Below are positions 17,176 through 25,132 of a stretch of 28,318 nucleotides of DNA, in pieces. Source of the DNA: a virus (Duplodnaviria; Caudoviricetes). The stretch covers positions 1 to 28,318 of the IMG/VR virus record IMGVR_UViG_3300048848_000038; one strand, written 5' to 3'. The notes under the pieces were generated by a model. The model made no database searches and was not told where the DNA came from. It saw nothing but the letters and a program-made list of their open reading frames with translations. Each line of letters begins with the position of its first letter. Positions within the stretch are counted from its first letter, which is position 1. A program made the translations under genes and the position numbers.

Positions 17176-17862
17176 CTAGCCCCTCCCCAATTCTCTGACA
17201 GCCAGCAGGAAAGCCTGCGCCAATTCGCCCTCAGACGCGTCGATGACAGGCTTGATCGCGAAGGCGTTGCGGTGCTGCACGACGGGCATCAGGACGAAGA
17301 TCGGAACGGTTGCTGATCCGCGACCTTTTGCGATCCGCCCTGGCGTGTTTGGCTTGGCGATCTGCCGGCGACCCGACAGCACCGCGTTTTCCGCCACCAG
17401 CAACGCCGCCCGGCCGGGGCGGGCGACGAAGATCAGCTCTTGGTTATGGAGCGCTTCCCACTCGACGGGTGTCGGCCGACCGTCACGGCCGCGTCCATTG
17501 CCGGGCTTCATGCCGGCAGCTGGAAGCGGGATGGCCAGGTATTGGCCTTGCCGTCCTCGAATGGTGCCGGGCTGCGTCCAGAATTCAATGGCTGCACGCG
17601 TTTGTGCGCCACCGTTGAGCCAAATCGTGCCGGCGGGATTGCGAGCCGGTCCCGCCTTCTTCGGGAAGGTCGACGACTTCCAGGCCCGGAACAGCTGGCC
17701 TGGGACAGCTGACTGCGTCGCGGCTTCGAGCTTCTGTTCGGTCGTTCTGGTAACGCGGGCGACGGTCCGGACGCCAGCGGTAAGATGGCGACGAACGACA
17801 AGATCACCATCGCGTGTCAGCGCTGCGGCATCGATCGAGAAATCCGCGCCATCATTCGCCAC
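17176..17862 (-). CDS. DUF6441-like putative tail completion protein
   Basis: Basic protein with GTIRGRQGQYLAIPL, LIFVARPGRAALLVAEN and TVPIFVLMPVV motifs; GTG start. Confidence 0.65.
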   Translation of the reverse strand: MANDGADFSIDAAALTRDGDLVVRRHLTAGVRTVARVTRTTEQKLEAATQSAVPGQLFRAWKSSTFPKKAGPARNPAGTIWLNGGAQTRAAIEFWTQPGTIRGRQGQYLAIPLPAAGMKPGNGRGRDGRPTPVEWEALHNQELIFVARPGRAALLVAENAVLSGRRQIAKPNTPGRIAKGRGSATVPIFVLMPVVQHRNAFAIKPVIDASEGELAQAFLLAVRELGRG

Positions 17863-18142
17863 TAGGCTTCTCCAGATCGTCGATGATCAGGAAGGCGTCC
17901 ATCAGCGCGGCGGGCTGCTCGCCCGGGCTTCCCGGGCAAGGCAGGACCTGCGGCATCAGGGGAGAGGCAAAACGCCGGCAGTGAAACCAGAGGTCGACGA
18001 CTGGCCAGATCCACGCGGGGAGCGCGACACGCGGGTTTTCCGCCCACTTTTGGCCGGCGATTTCCCACCCGCCTTCGACCGTGCGGCCGAACTGGAAGGC
18101 TTCGGGCTGACGTCTGACGGCGACGGCCGCGGCGAGTTTCCC
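17852..18142 (-). CDS. tail assembly chaperone T segment (-1 frame extension producing GT, ~287 aa total)
   Basis: The -1 frame after GGGAAAC reads KLAAAVAVRRQPEAFQFGRTVEGGWEIAGQKWAENPR...LPCPGSPGEQPAALMDAFLIIDDLEKPSGE*. It is missing from the supplied ORF track. Confidence 0.8.
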   Translation of the reverse strand, partial: GKLAAAVAVRRQPEAFQFGRTVEGGWEIAGQKWAENPRVALPAWIWPVVDLWFHCRRFASPLMPQVLPCPGSPGEQPAALMDAFLIIDDLEKPSGE

Positions 18143-18714
18143 TCCAGCCCGCCCGGCTTCTGCAACTCATAGGCCTTGCTGCCGGCGAGGCTGAGCAGGA
18201 ACGGCTCCAGCTGGCCAAGAGTCGCGTCGCTGACCTGCCCGTTTCGATCGAGCGTGAAAGTGACGCCCGCCACCTCCATGCCCGTGCAATAGCGCTTCAG
18301 CGCCACGATCGGCGCGATCGCGCGGCGACGCTCCAGCTGCGCGACGAGGTCGCGATATTCCGGCCAGTTCACCGCCAGCACGTCCCGCACGCTGGCGAGC
18401 AGCGCCTTGTCCTCGACCGACAGCTGCTCGGCTTCGCCCTCCCCTTCGGCCTCGATCAAGCCGAGCAGCTTGTCGAGCTCGGGATCTTCGGCGAGCAGGT
18501 GGATGACGCCGGAGCGTATCGCCTGGCGCAATTCCCAGCCCCAGACCTGAGCAGCACGGTGCGGCCCCGCCAGTTCGGCCTCCATCTGGCCGCGCTCGAT
18601 GACCGAGCCACCGCGCAGGTGGATGACCGGCGCGCCGGCCTTCGGATTGCCGTCTGCATCGCAGAGCCACAGCGGCGTATAGGCGAGCGTCGCGCCCGTG
18701 CTGGTCAGGATCAT
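17956..18714 (-). CDS. tail assembly chaperone G
   Basis: ATG at 18714 (MILTSTG) directly after the tail tube with GAGG RBS; Ser/Pro/Lys-rich tail after the slippery site. Confidence 0.8.
   Translation of the reverse strand: MILTSTGATLAYTPLWLCDADGNPKAGAPVIHLRGGSVIERGQMEAELAGPHRAAQVWGWELRQAIRSGVIHLLAEDPELDKLLGLIEAEGEGEAEQLSVEDKALLASVRDVLAVNWPEYRDLVAQLERRRAIAPIVALKRYCTGMEVAGVTFTLDRNGQVSDATLGQLEPFLLSLAGSKAYELQKPGGLEGNSPRPSPSDVSPKPSSSAARSKAGGKSPAKSGRKTRVSRSPRGSGQSSTSGFTAGVLPLP
18136..18142 (-). promoter_or_regulatory. -1 programmed ribosomal frameshift site G GGA AAC
   Basis: X XXY YYZ heptamer in the correct phase (L-E-G-N), analogous to the lambda G-T site GGGAAAG. Confidence 0.8.
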
Positions 18715-18724
18715 GGGGCTCGCC

Positions 18725-19957
18725 TCAGTAAAAGCAGAGGACGCCGTCGGTGTCGCGGCCGTAGCCGTCCCTCCCGATCGAGCGGACCTGCAAGGTGACG
18801 TCGTCCGAGCGCAGCTTGCCGCGCATCGCATTATCGAGCGTGACCGGCTGCGCGGCCGACATCACCAGCGCCCAGCGATTGCCCTGCTGGCTGCCGTGGC
18901 GCAGCACGGCGGGCATCTGCACGCCGTTGCCGATATCGCTGATCGTGTCGCGGTTGGCGACGAGCGTCGCCAGCGGATCGACCTTCAGCATCTTCTTGCG
19001 GTCGACGATTTGGCCGGCGCCGAAGCCATAGGCCGTGTTCGGATCGTCGATGTTCTCGATCGCGCTGCCCGGGTCCATCGACCATGTGCTGATCGTCGCC
19101 GCCTTTCGGTTGAGGCTGGCGGCCGGCGACACGCCTGCGCCCTGCACCAGCACCGGCGCCGAGTGGCCGGCGATCACGAGGTTGGCAGGCATCGGCGCAT
19201 CGACGCGACCGGCGTAGATGCCGGTCATGTTGAAGGTGCCATAGCCCGGCCGCGCGCTCTTGCCGTCGGGCGTGAAGGTGCCGCGGCAGCCGACGAACTT
19301 CATCAGTCGGCCGTCTTCGTAGATGTAGCAGGTGCCCGAAGGCTGATCGGTCAGGCGAGAGGCCGCATCGCTCGGCGAGGTCTGCGCATAGGTCCAGTTC
19401 GCCGGCAGCGCGACCGTCGTGGTCGCATCGAGGGGCGGGTTGAACGTGTCGGCCAGCGTTGCGACGCGCCCGGTCGAATAATCGATGACGGCGGGCTGCG
19501 CACCGGCGCCGGCACCGGAGGTCAGCATGAGGATCATGCCGAGCACCGCGCGCGACACGGCGGGGAAGCCGGCCGGCAGCGTCAGGCTGGTCGCCGAACC
19601 TGCCGCGGCGGCTGCCGCCGCGATTGCGGCGGTGAACTGGCCGCGCCAGCCACAGGCCTGCAAGGGCTGGTGCAGCGGCGGCTTGACGGTCGGCGAATAG
19701 GTCGCTCCCGCGCCCGCACCCTTGATGCGCGACTTGAAGCTGATCGGCGTGACCTGCCCGATGATCAGCGGTGCGCCCGCGACGAGGCTGCCGGTCGCCT
19801 CGTTGGCATCTTCCTGCGTCCATGGCGTGCCATAGGTAACGCTGTCCGCCTCGACCGGGATGGCGTCGACGGCCGGATCGGGGTTGGCGTCAACGGCTTC
19901 GACGCCTTCGAGCTTGAAAAGCACGGCGACGTTGGCCGGGCGAATGGTCTGGTCCAT
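18725..19957 (-). CDS. tail tube (major tail) protein
   Basis: 410 aa, between terminator and chaperone; VLFKLE, KPPLHQPLQACG, KFVGCRGTF and FNMTGIY motifs; no sheath gene; RBS GAAGGAGG. Confidence 0.8.
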   Translation of the reverse strand: MDQTIRPANVAVLFKLEGVEAVDANPDPAVDAIPVEADSVTYGTPWTQEDANEATGSLVAGAPLIIGQVTPISFKSRIKGAGAGATYSPTVKPPLHQPLQACGWRGQFTAAIAAAAAAAGSATSLTLPAGFPAVSRAVLGMILMLTSGAGAGAQPAVIDYSTGRVATLADTFNPPLDATTTVALPANWTYAQTSPSDAASRLTDQPSGTCYIYEDGRLMKFVGCRGTFTPDGKSARPGYGTFNMTGIYAGRVDAPMPANLVIAGHSAPVLVQGAGVSPAASLNRKAATISTWSMDPGSAIENIDDPNTAYGFGAGQIVDRKKMLKVDPLATLVANRDTISDIGNGVQMPAVLRHGSQQGNRWALVMSAAQPVTLDNAMRGKLRSDDVTLQVRSIGRDGYGRDTDGVLCFY

Positions 19958-19967
19958 GGGGCCTCCT

Positions 19968-20390
19968 TCAGGCGGGTAGAGCGGGGTCGGCCCGCGAAGT
20001 GGAAAACTGGATCTCGAAGTCCTGCGTGAAGCCGAGGCGGCGGACGTTCGCGAGGGTGGCGGTGACCGGCCGGTAGTCGCCGTCGTCGATCACCTCGATC
20101 AGTGCGCCGAGCGTTTCATCGTTGAGCAGCGCGGTGACTACGGTCGCCCAAAGGGCGTTGCGCTCGGCGGTGGGCGCCCTGCCGTTGCCACCCTCAACGA
20201 AGCCGTCGATCGTCACCATCATGGAGCGCCTGGTGATCGTGACCTCATGCTCGAGCACGCTGTGGCCCCCGTCGGTGATGCCGAGGGCGGGGAAATCGAT
20301 AGGATCGCCGGCAGGTTCGACCTCAACCTCCGCGGCCAGGTCGGCGATCGCCGCCTCGATCGCTGCCATGATCTGATCGCGCACAGTCAA
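19968..20390 (-). CDS. tail terminator (gpU-like)
   Basis: TTG start overlapping the upstream TGA; TVRDQIMAAI...FPAL...LLNDETLGAL pattern. Confidence 0.7.
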   Translation of the reverse strand: MTVRDQIMAAIEAAIADLAAEVEVEPAGDPIDFPALGITDGGHSVLEHEVTITRRSMMVTIDGFVEGGNGRAPTAERNALWATVVTALLNDETLGALIEVIDDGDYRPVTATLANVRRLGFTQDFEIQFSTSRADPALPA

Positions 20391-20707
20391 AGCGCAGATC
20401 CTGCATCGGAGACGACAAGCAGCCAGGCATCGTTGGCATCGAGGCTGGTACGATCGTCGATCGTCCACTTGCGGCCGCGATGGATGAAGCTGTCCTTCTT
20501 GGTCGGTTCGGCCGGCAGCGCCGCCTTGGCGATCTCATACGTCGTCTTGCGCAGCGTGCTGCCGGCGCCGGCGAACGCTGGGGCAGCAGCGTCGGAGCGA
20601 ACCGCGCCGATCGGCGGCAAGATCACGCCGCCTTGCGTGTAGATGACGGGTTCGGGGTCCGCGAAGACAGCGGCGATCGCCGCCCCCGCGGCATCCCAGA
20701 CGGACAT
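20387..20707 (-). CDS. head-tail joining protein (gpFII-like)
   Basis: TGATG-coupled; 106 aa with EPTKKDSFIHRGRKWTID...WLL beta pattern; expected position. Confidence 0.7.
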   Translation of the reverse strand: MSVWDAAGAAIAAVFADPEPVIYTQGGVILPPIGAVRSDAAAPAFAGAGSTLRKTTYEIAKAALPAEPTKKDSFIHRGRKWTIDDRTSLDANDAWLLVVSDAGSAL

Positions 20708-20934
20708 CAGGCGACCTTGACCGCGCCGCCCTTGCGGCCGTCGCCGTCGTGGTCGAGCGGATCGCGCGTAGCGGTCGGTACCGGCACGGCGCCATCGTTG
20801 TCGAGCAGCTCGCCGGCTCGCTCTGCGCTGATCGTCTCGGGCTTGTCGCCGTCCGCGATCGTCAGCGTGGCGCCGGCGTCCTGGTAGCGGCCAGCGTTGT
20901 CGATCGCCGAGCGGTGGAGGAGTATCTTCTTCAT
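20707..20934 (-). CDS. small head-associated hypothetical protein
   Basis: ATG 20934 with GGAG RBS; MKKILLHRSAID...DPLDHDGDGRKGG. Confidence 0.7.
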   Translation of the reverse strand: MKKILLHRSAIDNAGRYQDAGATLTIADGDKPETISAERAGELLDNDGAVPVPTATRDPLDHDGDGRKGGAVKVA

Positions 20935-20951
20935 CGGGGAACACTCCAATT

Positions 20952-20976
20952 GGCCGGACGCGCGAGGCGTCCGGCC
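20952..20976. terminator. intergenic hairpin after the DUF2190-like gene
   Basis: GGCCGGACGC-gcgag-GCGTCCGGCC, 10-bp perfect stem; no U-tract, so it may be a stabiliser rather than a terminator. Confidence 0.5.
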
Positions 20977-20983
20977 GTCAGGA

Positions 20984-21322
20984 TCAGGCTGCCGCGCCGT
21001 TGAGGCGAACGACGCAGGTGGCGTCGGCCGCGAGGCAATCGCGGGTGAAGGCACCGATGAGCAGGTTGCCGTTCGCCGTCTTGGTCACGACCTTCGCCGT
21101 GTTGTCCCAATAGGCGAGCGTGCCGGCAGTCGCGTCGGTACCGGCGGCATTGCTCTTCGGCAGAACGAAGACGCCGGTGACGTCGCCTTCGACTTCGGCG
21201 CCCTGAGCGGCATCGGTGTTGGCGACCGCGAACAGACGGCCGACCTGAAAGCCGGTGCCCGAGGCGACAGCAACCGGAGCGACGAACGTGCACGTATCGC
21301 CGCGGTGACGGAAGTTCTTCAT
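20984..21322 (-). CDS. DUF2190-family capsid cement/decoration protein
   Basis: MKNF...G...APVAVASG...GRLFAVA...TGVFVLPK...YWDNTAKVVTKTA.GN.LIG...VRLNG; directly after the capsid gene. Confidence 0.88.
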   Translation of the reverse strand: MKNFRHRGDTCTFVAPVAVASGTGFQVGRLFAVANTDAAQGAEVEGDVTGVFVLPKSNAAGTDATAGTLAYWDNTAKVVTKTANGNLLIGAFTRDCLAADATCVVRLNGAAA

Positions 21323-21333
21323 GCTGGTTCTCC

Positions 21334-21359
21334 GCGGGCGGGGCCGGAGCGCCGCCCGC
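21334..21359. other. intergenic hairpin after the major capsid gene
   Basis: GCGGGCGG...CCGCCCGC stem abutting the GGAGA RBS of the next gene. Confidence 0.5.
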
Positions 21360-21387
21360 CATAGAGGTGGGTGGGGACGAAGGGCGT

Positions 21388-23382
21388 TTACGCGCCGATC
21401 GTCTTGTCCAGGCCGCGCCAGTCGATCGCCGAGGCGGCGAAGTCGAGGCTGGCCTTCAGCTCGACGCCGTCGACCGTGAAGCCCATGCGGCTGGAGAGTT
21501 GCACGCCCTCGGCACCTTCGAGGTAGGCATACTCGACCGTGTCGACGTCGCTGTTGCTGGCGGCCAGGTACCAATCCTTGGCCGACGTGCGATCGAGGAT
21601 CGGCTCGACGATCGGCTCGAGCGCGGTGCGGCCGCCGGCGCGGAACTCGTTGGTATCCGTCGCCTTACCCGGCACGAACTGCGAGCTGGTGTACTGGTAG
21701 GCCAGCTGCTCGAGGTCTGTGGGGACGATCAGGAACGACGGAGCGATGTTCAGCTCCTCGTCCTGCAGGCCCTTCTGCTTGCGCATCCGGCTGCGGCCGG
21801 CGCCGAGCGACGTCGGGCTGATCGCGGCGGCCGCCGGCGACAGGTTGCCGTGGGCGGCATCGAACAGCGGCTTGCCATCCGGGAACAGGCTGGTGCCGGT
21901 TACCTGCGAATAGACCGTGCGGTTCTCGAGGCGGTTGGCCGCCGCGGCGAAGCCGGTCATCGCACGATCCAGCGCGTTCAGATCATCGTTGATGATGAGC
22001 TGGCGTGAGAGGGCGATGATGCGGCCATAGGTGAGCAGCGCATAGCTGACCTTGCCATCCGACGCGGTGCCGTACCGGAATTCGCCGGCTTCGTTGACCT
22101 TCAAGAGGTCCGGCATTGCCGACATCTGCACGACGTCGATAGCCTTGAAGTTCGGCGCGTTGGGCGCGCGGCGGGCCCACAGGCGATAGGTCGGCTGATG
22201 CTCCGCATAGGCGGCGCGCAGGCGGCGGTTCATGGCGTTCGACATCAGCGCCGGAAAATCCGACGTCGAATGCAGCGCCCGCTCGGCGATCTCGTTCGGC
22301 ACCATGCCACGGGTCGAGATGCCCGACGAGCCGAGCAGCTCCTCGGCCATGCGCAGCATGCCCATGCCGCGGAACTGGCGGGCGTCCTGCGCCAGCTCGC
22401 CACCGGCCATCCGGTGGAATACGGCGTCCGACATGGCGCGGGTGAGCGTCACGCCGGTGCCAACGGTCGCCGACACGCGGTTCACCGTCTGCGCGCCGCT
22501 GTCACGCTCGGCAAAGCGGCGGCCGATGTTCGCCATCAGGGCATCGCGGGTCAGCGGGGTGGCTTCGTGCTCGCCGATCAGCTCGAAAGTCGCATCGGTG
22601 TCGAGGCCGGCGTTGGTGGCGGCGCGACGGATATCGGCGATCGCCACGGTGGCCGTGCGCTGCTGCTGGGCCGGCTGCTCGATCGTCACCGGGGGCGTGG
22701 TGCTCGCCGGCTCGCTGCGGGTCTGGGTGGTCGCCGTGGTATTGGCGGCCTGGTCCTCGGGGTCCATTCTGGTCTCCTGGGTGGATGCCGGCAATGCTCG
22801 GCGGAAAATGCAGGGATGACCGCCCTGCGCGGATTCTGCGCTGCGCGTCTGGGCGCCGGCGTCGAACGGCATCGTCACGAAGCTGAACTCGTAGGGCTCC
22901 CAGTCGATCGCCCGGTAGATGGGGCGCTCGCCCTCGCGCTCGGTGACTTCGTATTCGTGGACGCGGTAGCCGACGGACACGTTGCGGATGACCTTGTCGC
23001 GGATGTCCTGGACGATCGGCGCGACCTCCTCGCGGCGCGAGAAGCGCAGCGTGGCGGTGCCCTCCCCGTTTGCCAGGCGCGCCGAGCCGTCGACGACGAC
23101 GCCGAGCTGCGACGACAGGTCATAGCTCCGGTGGGAATTCAGCACCGGCCCGCCGCTGTTGATGCGATCGAGACGGACGTGCTTGGGGTCGGTGGAAAGC
23201 TCTTCCTCGATCAGCTCCCAGCGGCGCCAGTCCATGCGGGTGCCGCGCGCGCCGGTCGTCCACACGACCTCCACGGTGTTCTCGGCTTCGTCAAAGGTGT
23301 CGGCGCGGATCGTCAGCTCGCGCGTGACGATCGGCATCGCGCGCGTCTCTTCGACCGCGGAAGCGGGGTTTTCGGGGTCCAT
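21388..23382 (-). CDS. prohead protease / major capsid protein fusion
   Basis: N-terminal HK97-type protease (PVLNSH, IRNVSVGY, DWEPYEFSFV..PFDAGA), linker, then Mu gpT-like capsid (HSTSDFPAL, TYGRIIALSRQLIINDDL, YAYLEG, DFAASAIDWRG). Confidence 0.92.
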   Translation of the reverse strand: MDPENPASAVEETRAMPIVTRELTIRADTFDEAENTVEVVWTTGARGTRMDWRRWELIEEELSTDPKHVRLDRINSGGPVLNSHRSYDLSSQLGVVVDGSARLANGEGTATLRFSRREEVAPIVQDIRDKVIRNVSVGYRVHEYEVTEREGERPIYRAIDWEPYEFSFVTMPFDAGAQTRSAESAQGGHPCIFRRALPASTQETRMDPEDQAANTTATTQTRSEPASTTPPVTIEQPAQQQRTATVAIADIRRAATNAGLDTDATFELIGEHEATPLTRDALMANIGRRFAERDSGAQTVNRVSATVGTGVTLTRAMSDAVFHRMAGGELAQDARQFRGMGMLRMAEELLGSSGISTRGMVPNEIAERALHSTSDFPALMSNAMNRRLRAAYAEHQPTYRLWARRAPNAPNFKAIDVVQMSAMPDLLKVNEAGEFRYGTASDGKVSYALLTYGRIIALSRQLIINDDLNALDRAMTGFAAAANRLENRTVYSQVTGTSLFPDGKPLFDAAHGNLSPAAAAISPTSLGAGRSRMRKQKGLQDEELNIAPSFLIVPTDLEQLAYQYTSSQFVPGKATDTNEFRAGGRTALEPIVEPILDRTSAKDWYLAASNSDVDTVEYAYLEGAEGVQLSSRMGFTVDGVELKASLDFAASAIDWRGLDKTIGA

Positions 23383-23396
23383 AGGTGTCTCCGGGG

Positions 23397-24929
23397 TCAG
23401 GCCGCGGCGTCAGCGCCGGCGGTGTCGGTATCGGCCTTGTCCTGGCCGCTCTTGGCAGGCGTGCCGACGTTCAGCACCTTGCGCGGGTCGCCATCGAACA
23501 TCACGCCGGCGCCGAGGGCGGCTTCCGCGTTGGCCAGATCCTCGGCGAACTGCGACAGGAACTCGAGGTAATCGTAGCCGCGCTCCTCGACGAGCTGCGA
23601 CAGCGTCACCTTACCCATCCGGAGGTTCGCGAGATCCGCCTGGGCATCCTTGTAGGGATCGACCGAGATGAAACCGGGCGGCGTCCAGCGCCAGCCGAAG
23701 TTCTGCGCCGGCAGCAGCTCGGCCGCCTGTGCCGCCTCGCGGTACCGCTGGGCGATGACGCGGAGCAGCTTATGGATCACCACCAGCCACTGGATCCGCT
23801 CCATCCGCCGGCGAAAACCATGATGCCCGGCGCGCCAGGATGAATAATTGACCCGGCTGAAGTCGCCAGTGGCGTGCTCATACATGACGCCGGCCGCCGC
23901 GGCCGCCTCGCGCAGATATTGCGTCGCCATCGCGTCGACGCCTGAGTCGGCCGGGGGCGTGTTGAACTCGACGTTCTCCCCAGGCAACAGCCGGGTCCAC
24001 ATGCCCGGTTCGAACTTCTGCTTCTGCGGGCCATAGGTCTTGCTGGCCTTGGTCGCCGGATCGATCCCGATCTTCAGGTCGTCGTCCTGCGTCGTGATGA
24101 CGCCGACCATGCAGGCCGCGGTACGCTTGCGGACCAGCTCGGCCGCGAAATAGCTCCGCAAATCCTGCAGCGTCATGATCGCCGGCGCGAGGAGTGGCAT
24201 GCCGCGGTCCTGCCCGGGGCGCAGCTTGTTATAGAGGTAAACGACCTCGCTGGCCGGCACCCGCTCGCTGATCATGCCATGACCGCGCCAGCTGGCGACG
24301 TCCCCGGGATGCGCCGGCAGCAGCCAATAGGCGACCTTGCGGCCCTTGCTGTCGTACTCGATGCCGCGATCGATGTAGCCGCCTTCGCTGGTGGTGCCGG
24401 TCTTCACGACGTCGATGAAGTCGGGTTCCATAACCTGGAGCTTCAGCGGCGCGATCGTCGCGCGTCCGTCGAATGCCTGGCGGTGAAAGCGAATGATCGC
24501 TGCGCCCGATTCAGCCATGCCCTTCACGGCCGACCAGACCAGGCCGTTCAGATCCTGGTCGTCGTCATGATCGCAGGCCTCGCACCAGCTGCGCCAGCCG
24601 GCCGACACCGTCTTGGCGTTCCGGCCCTTCAGCCCGGTGGGCGCGCCGACGATGCCGGTACCGACGACGTGGTCGGCGAAGGTCTCGACGATCTGGAGCG
24701 CATAGCCGTTATTGCGGATAAGATCGCGCGACCGGTTGCGGACGATCTCCTCGCCGGCGCCGGCCTCGGTGTTGGCGCTCGACCCGGGCGTCGTCCAGCT
24801 GGCGGTGCGATGATCGCGCTTCGCGCCGTCATAGGCGCGGCCCTTGATATCCATCGCCACGCGGGCGCTGACGCGGCGGTTGCCGGCGATCGGATCGAAC
24901 CAGCCGATTGTCTTGTCGAGCCAGTTCAT
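23397..24929 (-). CDS. portal protein, lambda family
   Basis: RNRSRDLIRNNGYA, LQVMEPDFID, RPGQDRGMPLLAP, TGDFSRVNYSSWRAG and VDPYKD motifs. Confidence 0.95.
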   Translation of the reverse strand: MNWLDKTIGWFDPIAGNRRVSARVAMDIKGRAYDGAKRDHRTASWTTPGSSANTEAGAGEEIVRNRSRDLIRNNGYALQIVETFADHVVGTGIVGAPTGLKGRNAKTVSAGWRSWCEACDHDDDQDLNGLVWSAVKGMAESGAAIIRFHRQAFDGRATIAPLKLQVMEPDFIDVVKTGTTSEGGYIDRGIEYDSKGRKVAYWLLPAHPGDVASWRGHGMISERVPASEVVYLYNKLRPGQDRGMPLLAPAIMTLQDLRSYFAAELVRKRTAACMVGVITTQDDDLKIGIDPATKASKTYGPQKQKFEPGMWTRLLPGENVEFNTPPADSGVDAMATQYLREAAAAAGVMYEHATGDFSRVNYSSWRAGHHGFRRRMERIQWLVVIHKLLRVIAQRYREAAQAAELLPAQNFGWRWTPPGFISVDPYKDAQADLANLRMGKVTLSQLVEERGYDYLEFLSQFAEDLANAEAALGAGVMFDGDPRKVLNVGTPAKSGQDKADTDTAGADAAA

Positions 24930-25123
24930 CAGAAGCCCACCACGAAACTGCGCGAAGGCTTCGCAGCCGGCCCGGCGACCTCACCCTGCGCAAGGAACAG
25001 AGCGCGCTCGAGCTCGGCTTGCGACCGATACTGGATCTCGCGACCATCCGCATAGCGGACGCGCATTGCGCCGCTCGCGATCGCTGCCTTCAGCGTGTCG
25101 ACGTCGGTCTGGCTGAACGCCAT
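24929..25123 (-). CDS. head completion protein (gpW-like)
   Basis: MAFSQTDVDTLKAAIASGAMRVRYADGREIQYRSQAEL; between TerL and portal; GAGGTG RBS. Confidence 0.88.
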   Translation of the reverse strand: MAFSQTDVDTLKAAIASGAMRVRYADGREIQYRSQAELERALFLAQGEVAGPAAKPSRSFVVGF

Positions 25124-25132
25124 CGTCACCTC

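Noticed and set aside
18831-19823. 330-aa alternate-frame ORF within the tail tube gene
   Set aside because: Arg-rich composition typical of off-frame GC-rich sequence.
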